Shown here in pieces: positions 18,547 to 29,200 of a stretch of DNA of 64,000 nt; position 1 is the first letter of the stretch; every line of letters begins with the position of its first letter. The stretch comes from an uncultured Alphaproteobacteria bacterium (GTDB lineage: Bacteria; Pseudomonadota; Alphaproteobacteria; JAJTHO01; G963706365). Location: assembly GCA_963706365.1 (NCBI GenBank), contig OY970150.1:1596265-1660264 (forward strand), in the 5' to 3' direction. The translations under genes and the position numbers were made by a program. Below the pieces are notes generated by a model, which did no database searches, was not told where the DNA came from, and saw only the letters and a program-made list of their open reading frames with translations.

Positions 18547-20558
18547 CTTAAAGCGATTAGCCCTAAAGTTAGTAGCCCTGCCAACCCGCCAGAAACATAT
18601 GGTGCGTATTGGTCAGAAATTCTTCTAGATATAATCGGAAGTTGCTCCATTTCTCCTAATAGCTGTTCTTTCTTTTTTTCAAGGTTTTGGTAAACATTTT
18701 GTGCACGGCCAAATTCTTCGGAATCTTTCGCCAGCTCAATTGGCTGATCAACAATATTATGAATTTGGATTAAGCTGGCTTTCTTTTTTAATTTATCTAG
18801 TTGGTTGCGCACCAAGTTTTGTCTGGTTTTACTGTGATACAAGCCAATCATGGGGGCAGAAACTTTTAACAGCCATTTACATAGATAAGGGTAGTCCGCC
18901 TTGTTACTATAGGCATTTTCAAGCATACCCAATATTTGTACATTAGCCAAAGCAACTTTAGCCTTATTTTCATGCGCGGTTAAATTATAAAGCGTAACAT
19001 CTTTTATTTTATTGGTGTGGCTAACAAGAAAAGCGGCGATATGGCGGTCTATAGGCCAAAGTTTATGGTTGCTTTCTACTTTGGCAATTTCTTCTAAAGC
19101 ATCTAAAAGCTCTGCGGGGTTTCTTACCAGGTATTTTTCAAAGAGGGGGCTTTGGCACGGCAAGGTTTTATTAAGCTCATATAGGCAACGTTCAAAACCC
19201 ATGCCATAAGCTGTTTTATTGGCTATCAAGGATAGTTTTTCATATATTTTTTGAAGTATGATAAAGTTACTCAGATTATTGGAAGATCGACGCACCAGAT
19301 GAATGCGAAATTCCATAAAATGGCTTAGAATCAAATCAAATGGAATCATACGGCTAACAGCATCATGCTGATGCGCGGCCAATGCATCACAGATACCGTC
19401 TGTTGCGATAACCTTTTTTTGATAATAGATAGGCATATGATGGTCTATGCCACTTAATGCAAAAGTCGTTGTAACGTTTTGTTGAATGGAGGTGGGGGAT
19501 CTTTTAGAACGGTTTATACCATCCCTTAAATCGGTGTAGGCCGTTTTTTGATTGTTACTACGTACCAACCAGTTTTCCATATCTTTACTGGCTAGAATAC
19601 TTAGGGTATCTTTATTGTTATCCGTTACATTGGTACCAATGGCATTCACTAATTGGGCAACGCTAACATGATCCTTTTTTTGATAGAAAAAAGGACGCGT
19701 GGCTCTTCGGGCCGCCTGATTGTGGCGTAACGGCACTTTTTGCCCGGCTGCCCAGTCATCAACATCATTCAGTGTCCAGCGCTGTCGAGTATCGTCATTT
19801 AAGGTGCCTTTTAGTAATTCTGTTAAACGTTCAGAAAGGCGATATTCTCCTAAGAAAGCAGACAAGCTATTGCTTATAAGTCTTTGTTCTTGTAATATCT
19901 CCAGATTTTTTACCTGGCTAAAATCTTTACCAATGGCCATAGAAAGAACGACCATTCCCAGGCTAAAAATATCATGGCTTACTGTACCAGCGCCTCTGGC
20001 TTCGGAATCACATAAGCTGCTTTCCACCGGTTCATAAGGCTTTGGTTGTTTATAGCCGGGCGGCAACATGTAACACTCACCAAAGGTCAGATGATTTTGG
20101 AAAAAATACAGGTTATCGGGTCTTAAGCTGCGATAACTGATGCCTTTAGAATCAAAATCTCTAAGCAGGCGGACAAAGGGCTTAATAATCAATTCTGTAA
20201 TAGATTCTTCCCGATACTTAACGCCCCGCCCATCTTTTGTTAAGGGCAGCGGCACGCCTTTTGGTTTGACAGTAATAACCAAAATTCGATAGCGTTTTTC
20301 GCCCGGTAATAAAACCGGGAAATACTTTAATGGTCGCATAAGCATTTGCATATTACTGTGCGATAATTTTTCTAAAACAGTGTGGCGCGGCGGTAAAGTA
20401 GGGTGGCTGATTAAGCCAAGATATTCAGTAGTTTCTGTTTTAACAATGTGCGCCTGTATTAAATCAGTGCTGAATTTTTCCAGCGGTTTACCCAGCTGGA
20501 CGCTGTAAATTTTATCCAGCTGCGTAACAGCATTTTCTTTTAAGGCGATGGCGCGCAT
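18543..20558 (-). CDS. Hypothetical protein with a degenerate protein-kinase-like N-terminal region (pseudokinase-like) and a C-terminal membrane anchor
   Basis: ISYRSLRPDNLYFF resembles the HRDLKPxN catalytic loop, but the catalytic Asp is replaced by Ser. TFGECY resembles DFG. SHDIFSLGMVVLSMAIG resembles kinase subdomain IX (DxWSxG). The C-terminus is hydrophobic (GGLAGLLTLGLIAL). The N-lobe is shorter than in canonical eukaryotic protein kinases. Confidence 0.3.
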   Translation of the reverse strand: MRAIALKENAVTQLDKIYSVQLGKPLEKFSTDLIQAHIVKTETTEYLGLISHPTLPPRHTVLEKLSHSNMQMLMRPLKYFPVLLPGEKRYRILVITVKPKGVPLPLTKDGRGVKYREESITELIIKPFVRLLRDFDSKGISYRSLRPDNLYFFQNHLTFGECYMLPPGYKQPKPYEPVESSLCDSEARGAGTVSHDIFSLGMVVLSMAIGKDFSQVKNLEILQEQRLISNSLSAFLGEYRLSERLTELLKGTLNDDTRQRWTLNDVDDWAAGQKVPLRHNQAARRATRPFFYQKKDHVSVAQLVNAIGTNVTDNNKDTLSILASKDMENWLVRSNNQKTAYTDLRDGINRSKRSPTSIQQNVTTTFALSGIDHHMPIYYQKKVIATDGICDALAAHQHDAVSRMIPFDLILSHFMEFRIHLVRRSSNNLSNFIILQKIYEKLSLIANKTAYGMGFERCLYELNKTLPCQSPLFEKYLVRNPAELLDALEEIAKVESNHKLWPIDRHIAAFLVSHTNKIKDVTLYNLTAHENKAKVALANVQILGMLENAYSNKADYPYLCKWLLKVSAPMIGLYHSKTRQNLVRNQLDKLKKKASLIQIHNIVDQPIELAKDSEEFGRAQNVYQNLEKKKEQLLGEMEQLPIISRRISDQYAPYVSGGLAGLLTLGLIALR

Positions 20559-20620
20559 GCTTCACTTTAGCAACAAAATGTTAACTAAAGAGTTACGGTA
20601 ATTTATATGTTGTTTTTAAA

Positions 20621-21397
20621 TTGGGTAAACTATATGTACGCAGGATGTGTTGGAGTGGTGAAGCGTCTACAGTATTGGCAGCCGTTGGTTTGGGAACAAC
20701 CGCATGGGCTGCTTATAAAAAAGAGCATCCTGCATTATGGATAACGCTGGGCTACTTCTCCTTGATGGAGGCGTTACAGGCCTATACCTATGGTGTCATT
20801 GGCCAATGTAATGACCCAGGTAACCAGATTGCCACCTTATTAGGGTATCTCCATATAACCTTCCAGCCGTTTTTTATTAATATATTATCGCTCTATTTTT
20901 TACCAAAAGCGGTGCAGCAAAAGCTCTATATTCCTGTTTATACTATCTGTTTTATTGCGGCGATTGTTATGATTATTCAGGTCTACCCGTTTAGCTGGAC
21001 AGGGCCTTGTGACCCGATAAGGCCATTGTGTGCCGAAAGGCTTTGCTCTGTTGAAGGCAACTGGCATATTGCCTGGGAAGTGCCGTCTAATGATCTAGGA
21101 AACTACTTCGCAAGGCTCGATTTTCTGCCGCTTCAAGGTATGAAAAGCGGCTTTAACGCCTATATCTTTGCGGGTCTTATTTTGCCTCTGCTCTATGGTT
21201 CTTGGCGGATGACGCTGTATCACTACGCCATGGGGCCGTTTTTAGCTTCCCTTACAACCGATAATATTAATGAATGGCCAGCTGTGTGGTGCCTGTTATC
21301 TATTGGCTTTTTGTTAATCGTGGTCAAAACACCGTTAAGAAGATGGTTGCGTGTAGAAAAATGGTGGTTATGGCCAAAATCCTGGACGGCTGCTTAG
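20621..21397 (+). CDS. Hypothetical polytopic membrane protein
   Basis: It is 258 aa with several TM helices and no recognisable motif. Confidence 0.4.
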   Translation: MGKLYVRRMCWSGEASTVLAAVGLGTTAWAAYKKEHPALWITLGYFSLMEALQAYTYGVIGQCNDPGNQIATLLGYLHITFQPFFINILSLYFLPKAVQQKLYIPVYTICFIAAIVMIIQVYPFSWTGPCDPIRPLCAERLCSVEGNWHIAWEVPSNDLGNYFARLDFLPLQGMKSGFNAYIFAGLILPLLYGSWRMTLYHYAMGPFLASLTTDNINEWPAVWCLLSIGFLLIVVKTPLRRWLRVEKWWLWPKSWTAA

Positions 21398-21413
21398 TAA
21401 TTATTAGGAAGCA

Positions 21414-21480
21414 CTTATAGAACCCATTTGACAATCAATCGTACATTAATTGTCAAATGGGTTCTATACATGGTTTAGCC
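21414..21480. repeat. Family C palindromic element, full copy: 20-bp perfect inverted repeat tatagaacccatttgacaat / attgtcaaatgggttctata with a 12-nt loop, followed by a degenerate family A sequence (tacatggtttagcc). It lies between convergent genes.
   Basis: The stem is perfect. The 17150 copy is the same element with the inner left arm deleted. Confidence 0.7.
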
Positions 21481-21481
21481 A

Positions 21482-22198
21482 CTAAAACAGCTGCTTAACG
21501 CGTTTGCCTGCATAACGTGCCAATGTTAAGATATCATAAGGCAAAGATGTGAGCCTATTATAATATTGATGCCGAATATGGATTTGTTCCAAATAGTTTT
21601 TTAATTTGGGCGTATCGGAAAGCCCGGCATTGGCACAATAGCTTAGTAATACATCGATAGTTTGTATATTAATGTTTTCATTTAACAAGTAAAGGTTATG
21701 GTCATAATCTCCATAAACTTTTAATCGATCGTCAAAAAGTTTTTCCTTGAATGAACTATGATGATAAAGTGTGCCCTGGTGGTGTACGGTGTTGCGAGCA
21801 ACCAGGCCTTTATCCAGTTTGCTGTACCACCTTACGCCGGAGTCGTATTCAGCTTGTCCTAACAATACTTGTGCATCGGGTTGTGCCTGTAATAGGGCTC
21901 TTTCCAATACATCTGGTGCGGCTAATCTGTCATTACAGCCCAAAAATAACAGCCATTTTCCTTTTGCACGGCGAATACCCTTATTCATGCCGTCATAAAC
22001 GCCATTATCTGCGGCGCTATGCCACACCAGCCGGTCATCATCATAAGTAGCAAGAATTTCGCAAGTGTTGTCTTTTGAAACGCCGTCTTCAATAATATGC
22101 TCAACATTAATATTTTTCTGCATCAGCACACTGTCAATACAGGCGGGTAATGTTGCTGCCCCGTTAAAAACAGGTGTAATAACACTAACGTCGGTCAT
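21482..22198 (-). CDS. Family 2 glycosyltransferase. The likely start is at MTDVSV; the ORF track extends it to 22249.
   Basis: VSVITPVFNGAATLPACIDSVLMQ...EHIIEDGVSKDNT is the GT2 N-terminal signature. Confidence 0.8.
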   Translation of the reverse strand: MTDVSVITPVFNGAATLPACIDSVLMQKNINVEHIIEDGVSKDNTCEILATYDDDRLVWHSAADNGVYDGMNKGIRRAKGKWLLFLGCNDRLAAPDVLERALLQAQPDAQVLLGQAEYDSGVRWYSKLDKGLVARNTVHHQGTLYHHSSFKEKLFDDRLKVYGDYDHNLYLLNENINIQTIDVLLSYCANAGLSDTPKLKNYLEQIHIRHQYYNRLTSLPYDILTLARYAGKRVKQLF

Positions 22199-23369
22199 AA
22201 ACTTCCTGATAAAAATTTTCATAAAGTTTAGCAACCACAGGGGAATCAAAAGACTTCAGAACTTTTTGGCGTGCCGCATCCGAAAGTTTTTCCAAGTTAT
22301 CCAGAATAAAGTCTAATCCCTTGCCCAGGTCTTCTGCATCTTCAGCAAGATAGCCATTGATTTGATGATCCACCACATACTTTAAACCACTGCGGTTGAA
22401 CGTCAGCACTGGCGTGCCACATGCCATGGCCTCTGATGCTGTTTGACCAAAAGTTTCCATGGTGGAAGGCACTGCCATAACATCTGCGGCTGAATACATT
22501 AAAGCCAGCGTTGCATCGTCATGTAACGTACCCATAAAATGCGCTTTAAAGGGTAGGGGAGCATCATAATGCCCCATGCCAAATAGAACCAATTCTAGAT
22601 TATCACGTTTTTGTTTCTCTAGCATGGCTAGTAAAACATCCATTCCTTTGCGTGGGTCTTTGGCTTTTAGGATGCCGGCATCGGCGCCAAACGCCAGTAA
22701 TTTTTTATCGCTGGGTAAGTTAAGAATTTGACGCGCTAATAGCTGGTCAATTGGCTTAAAAATAGTACTGTCAATAGGGTATGGAACCACTGTAGCTGGC
22801 TTATCTGCAGTAAAAGCATTATTGGCCAGGCACTCTTTTACCCATGGAGAAGGGCAGCAAAACGTTAGGTTTAAGTGTGGGTATATTTTCTCTTTTCGTT
22901 CCCGAACCCAGCTATCTAGCTTGCTGCTAAAGTTATCTTCCGGGTAATGTAAGCTGCCCGAAAGTGGCCAAAGGTCATGGCATGTCCAGACGAGTGGCTG
23001 TCGAATTTTACGCAGTTGTTCCAGCCGCAAGGTTTCAGCGCATACCCAGTGTAAATTAACAATATCGGGGTTGTTGGCTGTGGCACGTTCTGCAATACGG
23101 CTGGGTAAAACATTTAAAGATTGCAACGCCTGTGCCTTTTGCCGTTGCAATTTTTTCAGCGGAATCGTCGTATGCGGTCTAAGCATTTGCCAGGCCTGTG
23201 CCGGTTTGCCAGGAACCCGGTGGACTGAAGGATCATCGCTGTGTTTAACAGAAACATACAGCTGGCTATCCATATTTTTTTGCACGGCCTGATGGATGCG
23301 ATACATGGCGCGGGCGGCACCGCCTTTTTGATCATTATGCCCGATATGTGCAATCTTCAAGGGCTGCAT
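22185..23369 (-). CDS. Family 1 (GT4-type) glycosyltransferase
   Basis: It is 394 aa with the GT-B fold. The C-terminal region has FGMGHYD...MAVPSTMETFGQTASEAMACGTPVL, the EX7E-like region. Confidence 0.75.
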   Translation of the reverse strand: MQPLKIAHIGHNDQKGGAARAMYRIHQAVQKNMDSQLYVSVKHSDDPSVHRVPGKPAQAWQMLRPHTTIPLKKLQRQKAQALQSLNVLPSRIAERATANNPDIVNLHWVCAETLRLEQLRKIRQPLVWTCHDLWPLSGSLHYPEDNFSSKLDSWVRERKEKIYPHLNLTFCCPSPWVKECLANNAFTADKPATVVPYPIDSTIFKPIDQLLARQILNLPSDKKLLAFGADAGILKAKDPRKGMDVLLAMLEKQKRDNLELVLFGMGHYDAPLPFKAHFMGTLHDDATLALMYSAADVMAVPSTMETFGQTASEAMACGTPVLTFNRSGLKYVVDHQINGYLAEDAEDLGKGLDFILDNLEKLSDAARQKVLKSFDSPVVAKLYENFYQEVYDRR

Positions 23370-24424
23370 TAGGCAAAAATTTTAATCGTTTTTTTTTCAG
23401 TCAACTGCAATAAGTCATGGAAATAGGCGATGGTTTTTTCCAGCCCTTTTTCCAAAGGCACTTTTGGTTGCCAGCCTAAATCTTCTTTTGCACGTGTAAT
23501 ATCGGGCTGGCGCTGTTGCGGGTCATCTTGCGGTAAAGACTTGTAAATTAACTTGGAAGAAGAGCCTGTTAGCGAAATAATTTTTTCGGCTAATTCCTTG
23601 ATGGTAAATTCCACTGGGTTACCCAAATTATACGGCCCAATAATCGCATCATCGCTTTCCATTAGGGTAATTAGACCGTCTACTAAGTCATCTACATAGC
23701 AAAAAGACCGGGTTTGCAGCCCTTCGCCATAAATAGTTATGTCTTGACCCGTTAGGGCTTGTACAATAAAGTTTGAAACCACGCGCCCGTCTTGCGGGTG
23801 CATGTTGGGGCCATAGGTATTGAAAATTCGTGCCACGGCAATGCGGGCGTTAAGCTGTCGCTTATAATCGAAAAATAATGTTTCGGCACAGCGTTTGCCT
23901 TCATCATAACAAGAACGTATGCCCACCGGGTTTACATGCCCCCAGTAATCTTCTTTTTGCGGGTGCACTTGCGGATCGCCATAAACTTCGCTGGTGGAAG
24001 CCTGTAAAATACGTGCCTTTAAACGATTAGCCAGCCCCAGCATATTGATGGCACCCAAAACACTGGTTTTGGTGGTTTGAATGGGATCATGTTGATAGTG
24101 CACGGGTGAGGCAGGGCAGGCCATATTATAAATTTCGTCCACCTCAACACATAAAGGGAAAGTAACATTATGGCGCATTAAATCAAAACGCGGGTGATCA
24201 AGTAACGCATGGATATTACGGCGTTGCCCGGTGAAAAAATTATCGACACAAAGCACTTCATAATTTTTTTCTAGCAACCGTTTGCAGAGGTGTGAACCGA
24301 TAAAACCGGCACCACCGGTAACCAGCACTCGTTTGTCAAAACTGTTTTCTAGGTGTGGCACCAATGAAGATTCTGTCATAAATATGCTATAAAGGAGGTT
24401 CGTAATAATTTCTAGTGGATTCAT
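23369..24424 (-). CDS. UDP-glucuronate decarboxylase (UDP-xylose synthase family, NAD-dependent epimerase/dehydratase)
   Basis: [34 protein letters not shown] is the Rossmann fold. The YxxxK motif and UXS-like length (351 aa) are also present. Confidence 0.8.
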   Translation of the reverse strand: MNPLEIITNLLYSIFMTESSLVPHLENSFDKRVLVTGGAGFIGSHLCKRLLEKNYEVLCVDNFFTGQRRNIHALLDHPRFDLMRHNVTFPLCVEVDEIYNMACPASPVHYQHDPIQTTKTSVLGAINMLGLANRLKARILQASTSEVYGDPQVHPQKEDYWGHVNPVGIRSCYDEGKRCAETLFFDYKRQLNARIAVARIFNTYGPNMHPQDGRVVSNFIVQALTGQDITIYGEGLQTRSFCYVDDLVDGLITLMESDDAIIGPYNLGNPVEFTIKELAEKIISLTGSSSKLIYKSLPQDDPQQRQPDITRAKEDLGWQPKVPLEKGLEKTIAYFHDLLQLTEKKTIKIFA

Positions 24425-24496
24425 TAAGGTGATTCCGGTAGTTTCGTAAACAAGACAATCATGCTATCTAAAACGTAAGAATCACTAAGAATCTCT

Positions 24497-24811
24497 ATGG
24501 ATTTCGCCCACTACCTGCTTCCTATAACCCCATTTAAGGTGATTATTTATTTGATCGTCGTTAACCTGCTAACATTTGGTTTATATGGTATGGACAAACG
24601 CGCGGCGATTAATAAGCGTTGGCGCGTTCCGGAAAAAAGTTTTCATATTATGCATGTTGTAGGTGGCAGCCCGGCAGCCTATTTTGCACAGCGTTATTTT
24701 CGCCACAAGACCCGAAAAGAATCTTTCCAAACTGAATACTGGTTAATTGTTATTTTACAGATTCTTGGCATAGCTTATTATATCTACACTTACATGATTA
24801 CAAGACACTGA
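24497..24811 (+). CDS. DUF1294 family small membrane protein
   Basis: DKRAAINKRWRVPEKSFHIMHVVGGSPAAYFAQRYFRHKTRK is the DUF1294 signature. Confidence 0.6.
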   Translation: MDFAHYLLPITPFKVIIYLIVVNLLTFGLYGMDKRAAINKRWRVPEKSFHIMHVVGGSPAAYFAQRYFRHKTRKESFQTEYWLIVILQILGIAYYIYTYMITRH

Positions 24812-24821
24812 GTACAATAAT

Positions 24822-25535
24822 ATGGAAACTGTAACCGTTTCAGAACTACGCAACCTTAGCCGCGTTCATTTATTTCGCAACGTTAGCGAGGAAGATCGCA
24901 ATAAAATTGCAGATCGCTGTCGCTGGCATGCCTATGAAAAAGAAGAGCAAATTATTGGCGCTGAAGAAGAGGACAAAGATGTCTATTTTCTGGTGAAAGG
25001 CCTGTTGCGGGTGGTGAACTATGGCATGAATGGTAAGGAAGTTAGCTTTATTGAAATCCCGGGGGGGAATTGTTTTGGTGAAATGTCAGCGATTGACAAC
25101 AAGCCGCGTTCTGCCATGGTTATGGCGCTGGAACCTTCCCTAGTGGCCAGTATTTCTGCCGAAGCCTTTAAACAAATGTTACTAGATTACCCGGTGGTTG
25201 CCTGGGCTGTGTTGCAACAGGTAACGGCCATTGCACGGGGTGCCTCTGAACGCATTATGCGCCTTAGCACCACCAGTGCCAACCACCGTGTTTACAACGA
25301 AATTTTACGGCAAGCCAACGAGGCAGTTGCCAAAAAGCCAGATGCCGAAACCATCGTTCTATCCCCCGCACCCCTGCATAGTGATATTGCCGCCCGTGTA
25401 AGTACCACCCGAGAAACCGTCGCCCGCGCTTTCAGCAGCCTGGTACGCAAAGGTATCCTGAAACGCGTAAGAGGCGGCGTAGAGGTATTGGATATGGAGG
25501 GGTTGGAAGATATTGTGGATGAAAGTTCAGATTAG
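24822..25535 (+). CDS. Crp/Fnr family transcriptional regulator (cNMP-binding domain plus C-terminal HTH)
   Basis: FGEMSAIDNKPRSAMVMA is the cNMP-binding beta-roll. TRETVARAFSSLVRKGIL is the HTH. Confidence 0.8.
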   Translation: METVTVSELRNLSRVHLFRNVSEEDRNKIADRCRWHAYEKEEQIIGAEEEDKDVYFLVKGLLRVVNYGMNGKEVSFIEIPGGNCFGEMSAIDNKPRSAMVMALEPSLVASISAEAFKQMLLDYPVVAWAVLQQVTAIARGASERIMRLSTTSANHRVYNEILRQANEAVAKKPDAETIVLSPAPLHSDIAARVSTTRETVARAFSSLVRKGILKRVRGGVEVLDMEGLEDIVDESSD

Positions 25536-25561
25536 TTTAAATAAATGCTATAGTAGGTAAT

Positions 25562-26005
25562 ATGTCTAATCAATCAGAGCGTTCAGAGGATGCTTCAAAA
25601 ACACTATCTAACGACACTATAGATGACCTTTTACAAAAATATGATCCTAATCATAAGGATGAAGGGGATGGTGCGGAAATAGCAAAAATGTTAATTAAGA
25701 AAACGTTAGCTGCTTTAGAGGATTTTAATGGCACTAATTATAATCAACTAGGAGAACATTTTCCTGACTTGTTGAGTGTTCATCATGGTGCTTTTGGTGC
25801 AAAGTATAGACATAGGACTGATATACGTACTACTAATGGACTCAAAGATTTTCGTGCAGTACTAGGCGTAGCTATTAAAGAGTATATCACTGATCCGAAC
25901 GAATTGGAAACCAGTGAGGAAAAATTACAAAAGATATTTGATGCGCCTTGTGATCAAGACACGCTAGAGGTAACGCAACTAAATATGTTTGAGGGTAGAG
26001 ATTAG
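25562..26005 (+). CDS. Hypothetical protein, AT-rich, no recognisable domain
   Basis: It is a 147-aa ORF with an SD-like sequence upstream and AT-rich codon usage. Confidence 0.4.
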   Translation: MSNQSERSEDASKTLSNDTIDDLLQKYDPNHKDEGDGAEIAKMLIKKTLAALEDFNGTNYNQLGEHFPDLLSVHHGAFGAKYRHRTDIRTTNGLKDFRAVLGVAIKEYITDPNELETSEEKLQKIFDAPCDQDTLEVTQLNMFEGRD

Positions 26006-26096
26006 AATTAAAGGTGTTTTATCAAAACTTGAACGCTTAAATCATAGCTTTTTCTTCCCCTGGCCAGTGATTCTGATTTAAGGCTAACCTTAACAC

Positions 26097-26143
26097 TTAG
26101 AACCAGTCACCTAAATCACAAGTTTTAGGTGACTGGTTCTTAA
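26097..26143. repeat. Family B palindromic element: 17-bp perfect stem (agaaccagtcacctaaa / tttaggtgactggttct) with an 8-nt loop. It could act as a factor-dependent or bidirectional terminator after the 25562..26005 gene, but no U-tract follows.
   Basis: The inverted repeat is perfect. Partial copies lie near 6656-6670, 55875-55891 and 60185-60203. Confidence 0.6.
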
Positions 26144-26275
26144 TGGTAGTGAAGGAATGCTAAATACATCAGGGCAGAAGATAAAGTTAATGAAAGTTCA
26201 GTTTAGTTTGCATTTTAACTATATAGTGTATTTTATTTAATTTACTTTGTTTTGCAATATGTTAAACTGTAGTAT

Positions 26276-29200
26276 ATGAAAATCAATGCTATTTATGAAG
26301 TTCCAAAGAACGGAATTACAGTAAAAAACGGTGCTGATGGAACATCCTATTATAGATCAACAGAGGGGGATGATTTACAAAGTACTGATAACTGGGCAAT
26401 TAAAGATACAACTGGTCTATTTAGCGCTGTTCCAGAAGTTGTTAGTTTTCATTTTCAACTTAGTGATTTACATAGTTATGATGAGTTTTCAGCAAATGCA
26501 ACTAAAGACTACTTTGTTGTTTATGCCGATAAAACAATAAAAGTTGATAAAGCTAATGCTCCTGAAAATGCAGGTTACAAAAACTCCCATTATAGAACTG
26601 CGTATTACATTAGCAAGAAAGAGGCTGAGAAGTATGAAATTAAAACACCAGACGAATTTTTAGAATATTGCAACAGATTTACGGGCACTGCCCATAATCA
26701 AGGTATGTATGACATTAACCCTGATGAGCAAAATTTGGCTCAAGGATATGTTGCCACTTTTGCTAAAACTGCATCTGGAAAACTAAAAGATTGGCCAAAA
26801 GAAAAGCCAGCGGCTGAACGAGAGGCTTTTGAAGAAGAGGTTGTTTTAGAGTCAGATATAGAATCCTTAAAAAATACATCTACACAAGATCTCCGCCGCA
26901 GAATTTTATTTGATGCTGAGCAGTCTGAAAAAGATGAAATAGCTGTGGTTTTGGTTGATAGGGCGCTAAATATTATTAAAGACAGAGGCTTAGAAGATTA
27001 TACATTTTTAAACCGCGGTGATGAAATTGCAAATATTCACTCTGCCCTCGCAAACGCTTATAAAGCTGATTTGCAAGGGAGCAGAAGAGCCGATATTGGT
27101 TTTAAAAGTAGCACTGATAGATTTGTTGAGGATTTACAATATATTTTACATGCGGTGAATGACTTAACTAAGTCTTCGTTTCAAGATAGAATTGCCGAAA
27201 TATCATCTACTTCTAATGAGGTTGGTAGTCCGGAATCAGAAGTTGAACCTATGTCCACGGAAAGGATATCTGAGCCTGATGATGTAACTCACACTATAGA
27301 TCTTGAAGCTGACACATCGACAAAAACAGTCAAAAAAAATATAATTTCTCGCGTCTGGGATAGCACTGTAGGGAAAATTTTAATTGGTTTAGGGCTTGTT
27401 TCAGGGGCAACGTCAATTGGCTACAAAGCGATAGATTCAGCTATGAAATCTACACCAACAGCTCCTGCGCAAAGCGAGCCAAATATAGAACAGCCTTACG
27501 AGCAACCAGTCGCTGAATCAGTTCCTACAACGCCAGAGGAAATCGTTGAAGAATATAGTCTTAATGAATTCAATGCTTTGACAAGGGAGTCTGAACTCAT
27601 TCCTGATGGAAATACCTTTGTCTACCAAGATGGCGAATTAGTTGCTGAAATTAGCAATAGTGACTATGATAAGCTATCAGGTCTTTATACCCAACGAGAA
27701 CTGTCTTTATCTAACACTGATACTCAACCGTACTCTGAGCCATTTATTGAAAGTTCAGAAAGTACAGTGAATTTTGAAAAATTACAAGATACCATACCCT
27801 CAGAAATTGAAACAATTGCACCAGATGTAGCCGATGCTCAGGAACTAGAAATTGCTGATATTAAGAAAATGCAACAAGGTTTGCAAAAGGCGGCAAACCG
27901 TCTTGAAGAAGCCCGGCAAGCTTCTAATGTTGGTGGTTTCAGGTTTGAAGGATTGCAAGAGTTTTCTGGAATAGAAAATATGAATTCTGCTGAATTGCAG
28001 CAAGTTTTAGAGAGTGGTGCAGAACTTCATTCAGCGTTCAGCAGCGAGCAAGGGGCAAAAGATTTCCTTTACCATGTTGCAAGCCAAAGTGATGGTCAGC
28101 TAACATCTGATGAAATTGATTATATCCAAGGCTTGAAAGGTGAAGTGCAGCATATTACAGCCGCTGTTGAGCATGCACAAAAATCAGTAGACGAAAGCAC
28201 CGCTGCTTTTGCTGATGCTGCTGAGACTTTAAATAAAAGTGGTTTTGAAGATGTCAAAGCAGACGACCTTGTCGCAATAATGGATAGTCACGCCAATTCC
28301 AATGCAGGCGGACAGGGGATAGACCTGATGCACAACATACAGCAAGAGTTAACTTCCAATCTATCGGCTTATGAACAACAACAATTAAGCTCTCTTGCAC
28401 CTAATTCCGTTTCAAATGATTCATTTGCGCATGCTTCTGCTGATGGCAGCATACATGGTTTTACGCAAAATAATTACCAAGCGCCATTAGCTGGCCAAAG
28501 ATTGGCATGGCAGTTGGAGACGAAAATGGCGCAGGCGGGAGAAGCTTTGCAAACTGCGGGTGAAAAATTGGGTAATTTGTGGGAAAATACCGCTGGTCAA
28601 TTGTCGAGCGAGCAATGGGCAGTTGTTGGTAAAGTTGGCGGATTCGCTGCATCTGCTGCTTTTACAGCAGCCTCAATGCGCCGCTTGTCACAACAAGAGG
28701 AAACAACCAGAACCCAGCGTGTTAACTTTGCGGGCAGCATGGCACGTACAACGCTGATGGGTGTGGGTTTTGCAAACCCCATGGCTATGGCTGCTGCTGG
28801 TGTTGTGGGTGGTGCAACAAAGGTTTGGTCACTTGCACAGGAAGAAACTCTTCAACAGTTGCAATCTTCAAAAGAAAATTTAACAGCAAAACGTATAGAT
28901 ATCCATGAAACAAAATCTACTGGTGTGCTAAGTGGTTTGCATAATACTTTTGCAAAAACATCCAATAGTGTCAAACTAGGTATGACCAACGCACAATTAA
29001 CTGTTTCACAACCTTTAAATGCATCGCGGCAGGTAACAGAAGCGGTGGCAACTGATGCTGCTAATAAAATTGCAACAGGCGTTGACTCTATTCATAGTAT
29101 GGCTCCACAAGATGGTGCGCTAGCCAATTTTATCGTAAAAAAATCAACAGGCACTTTACAGGCTGTAACCGATTTAGGAAAAGAAACAGGCGGCATGTTC

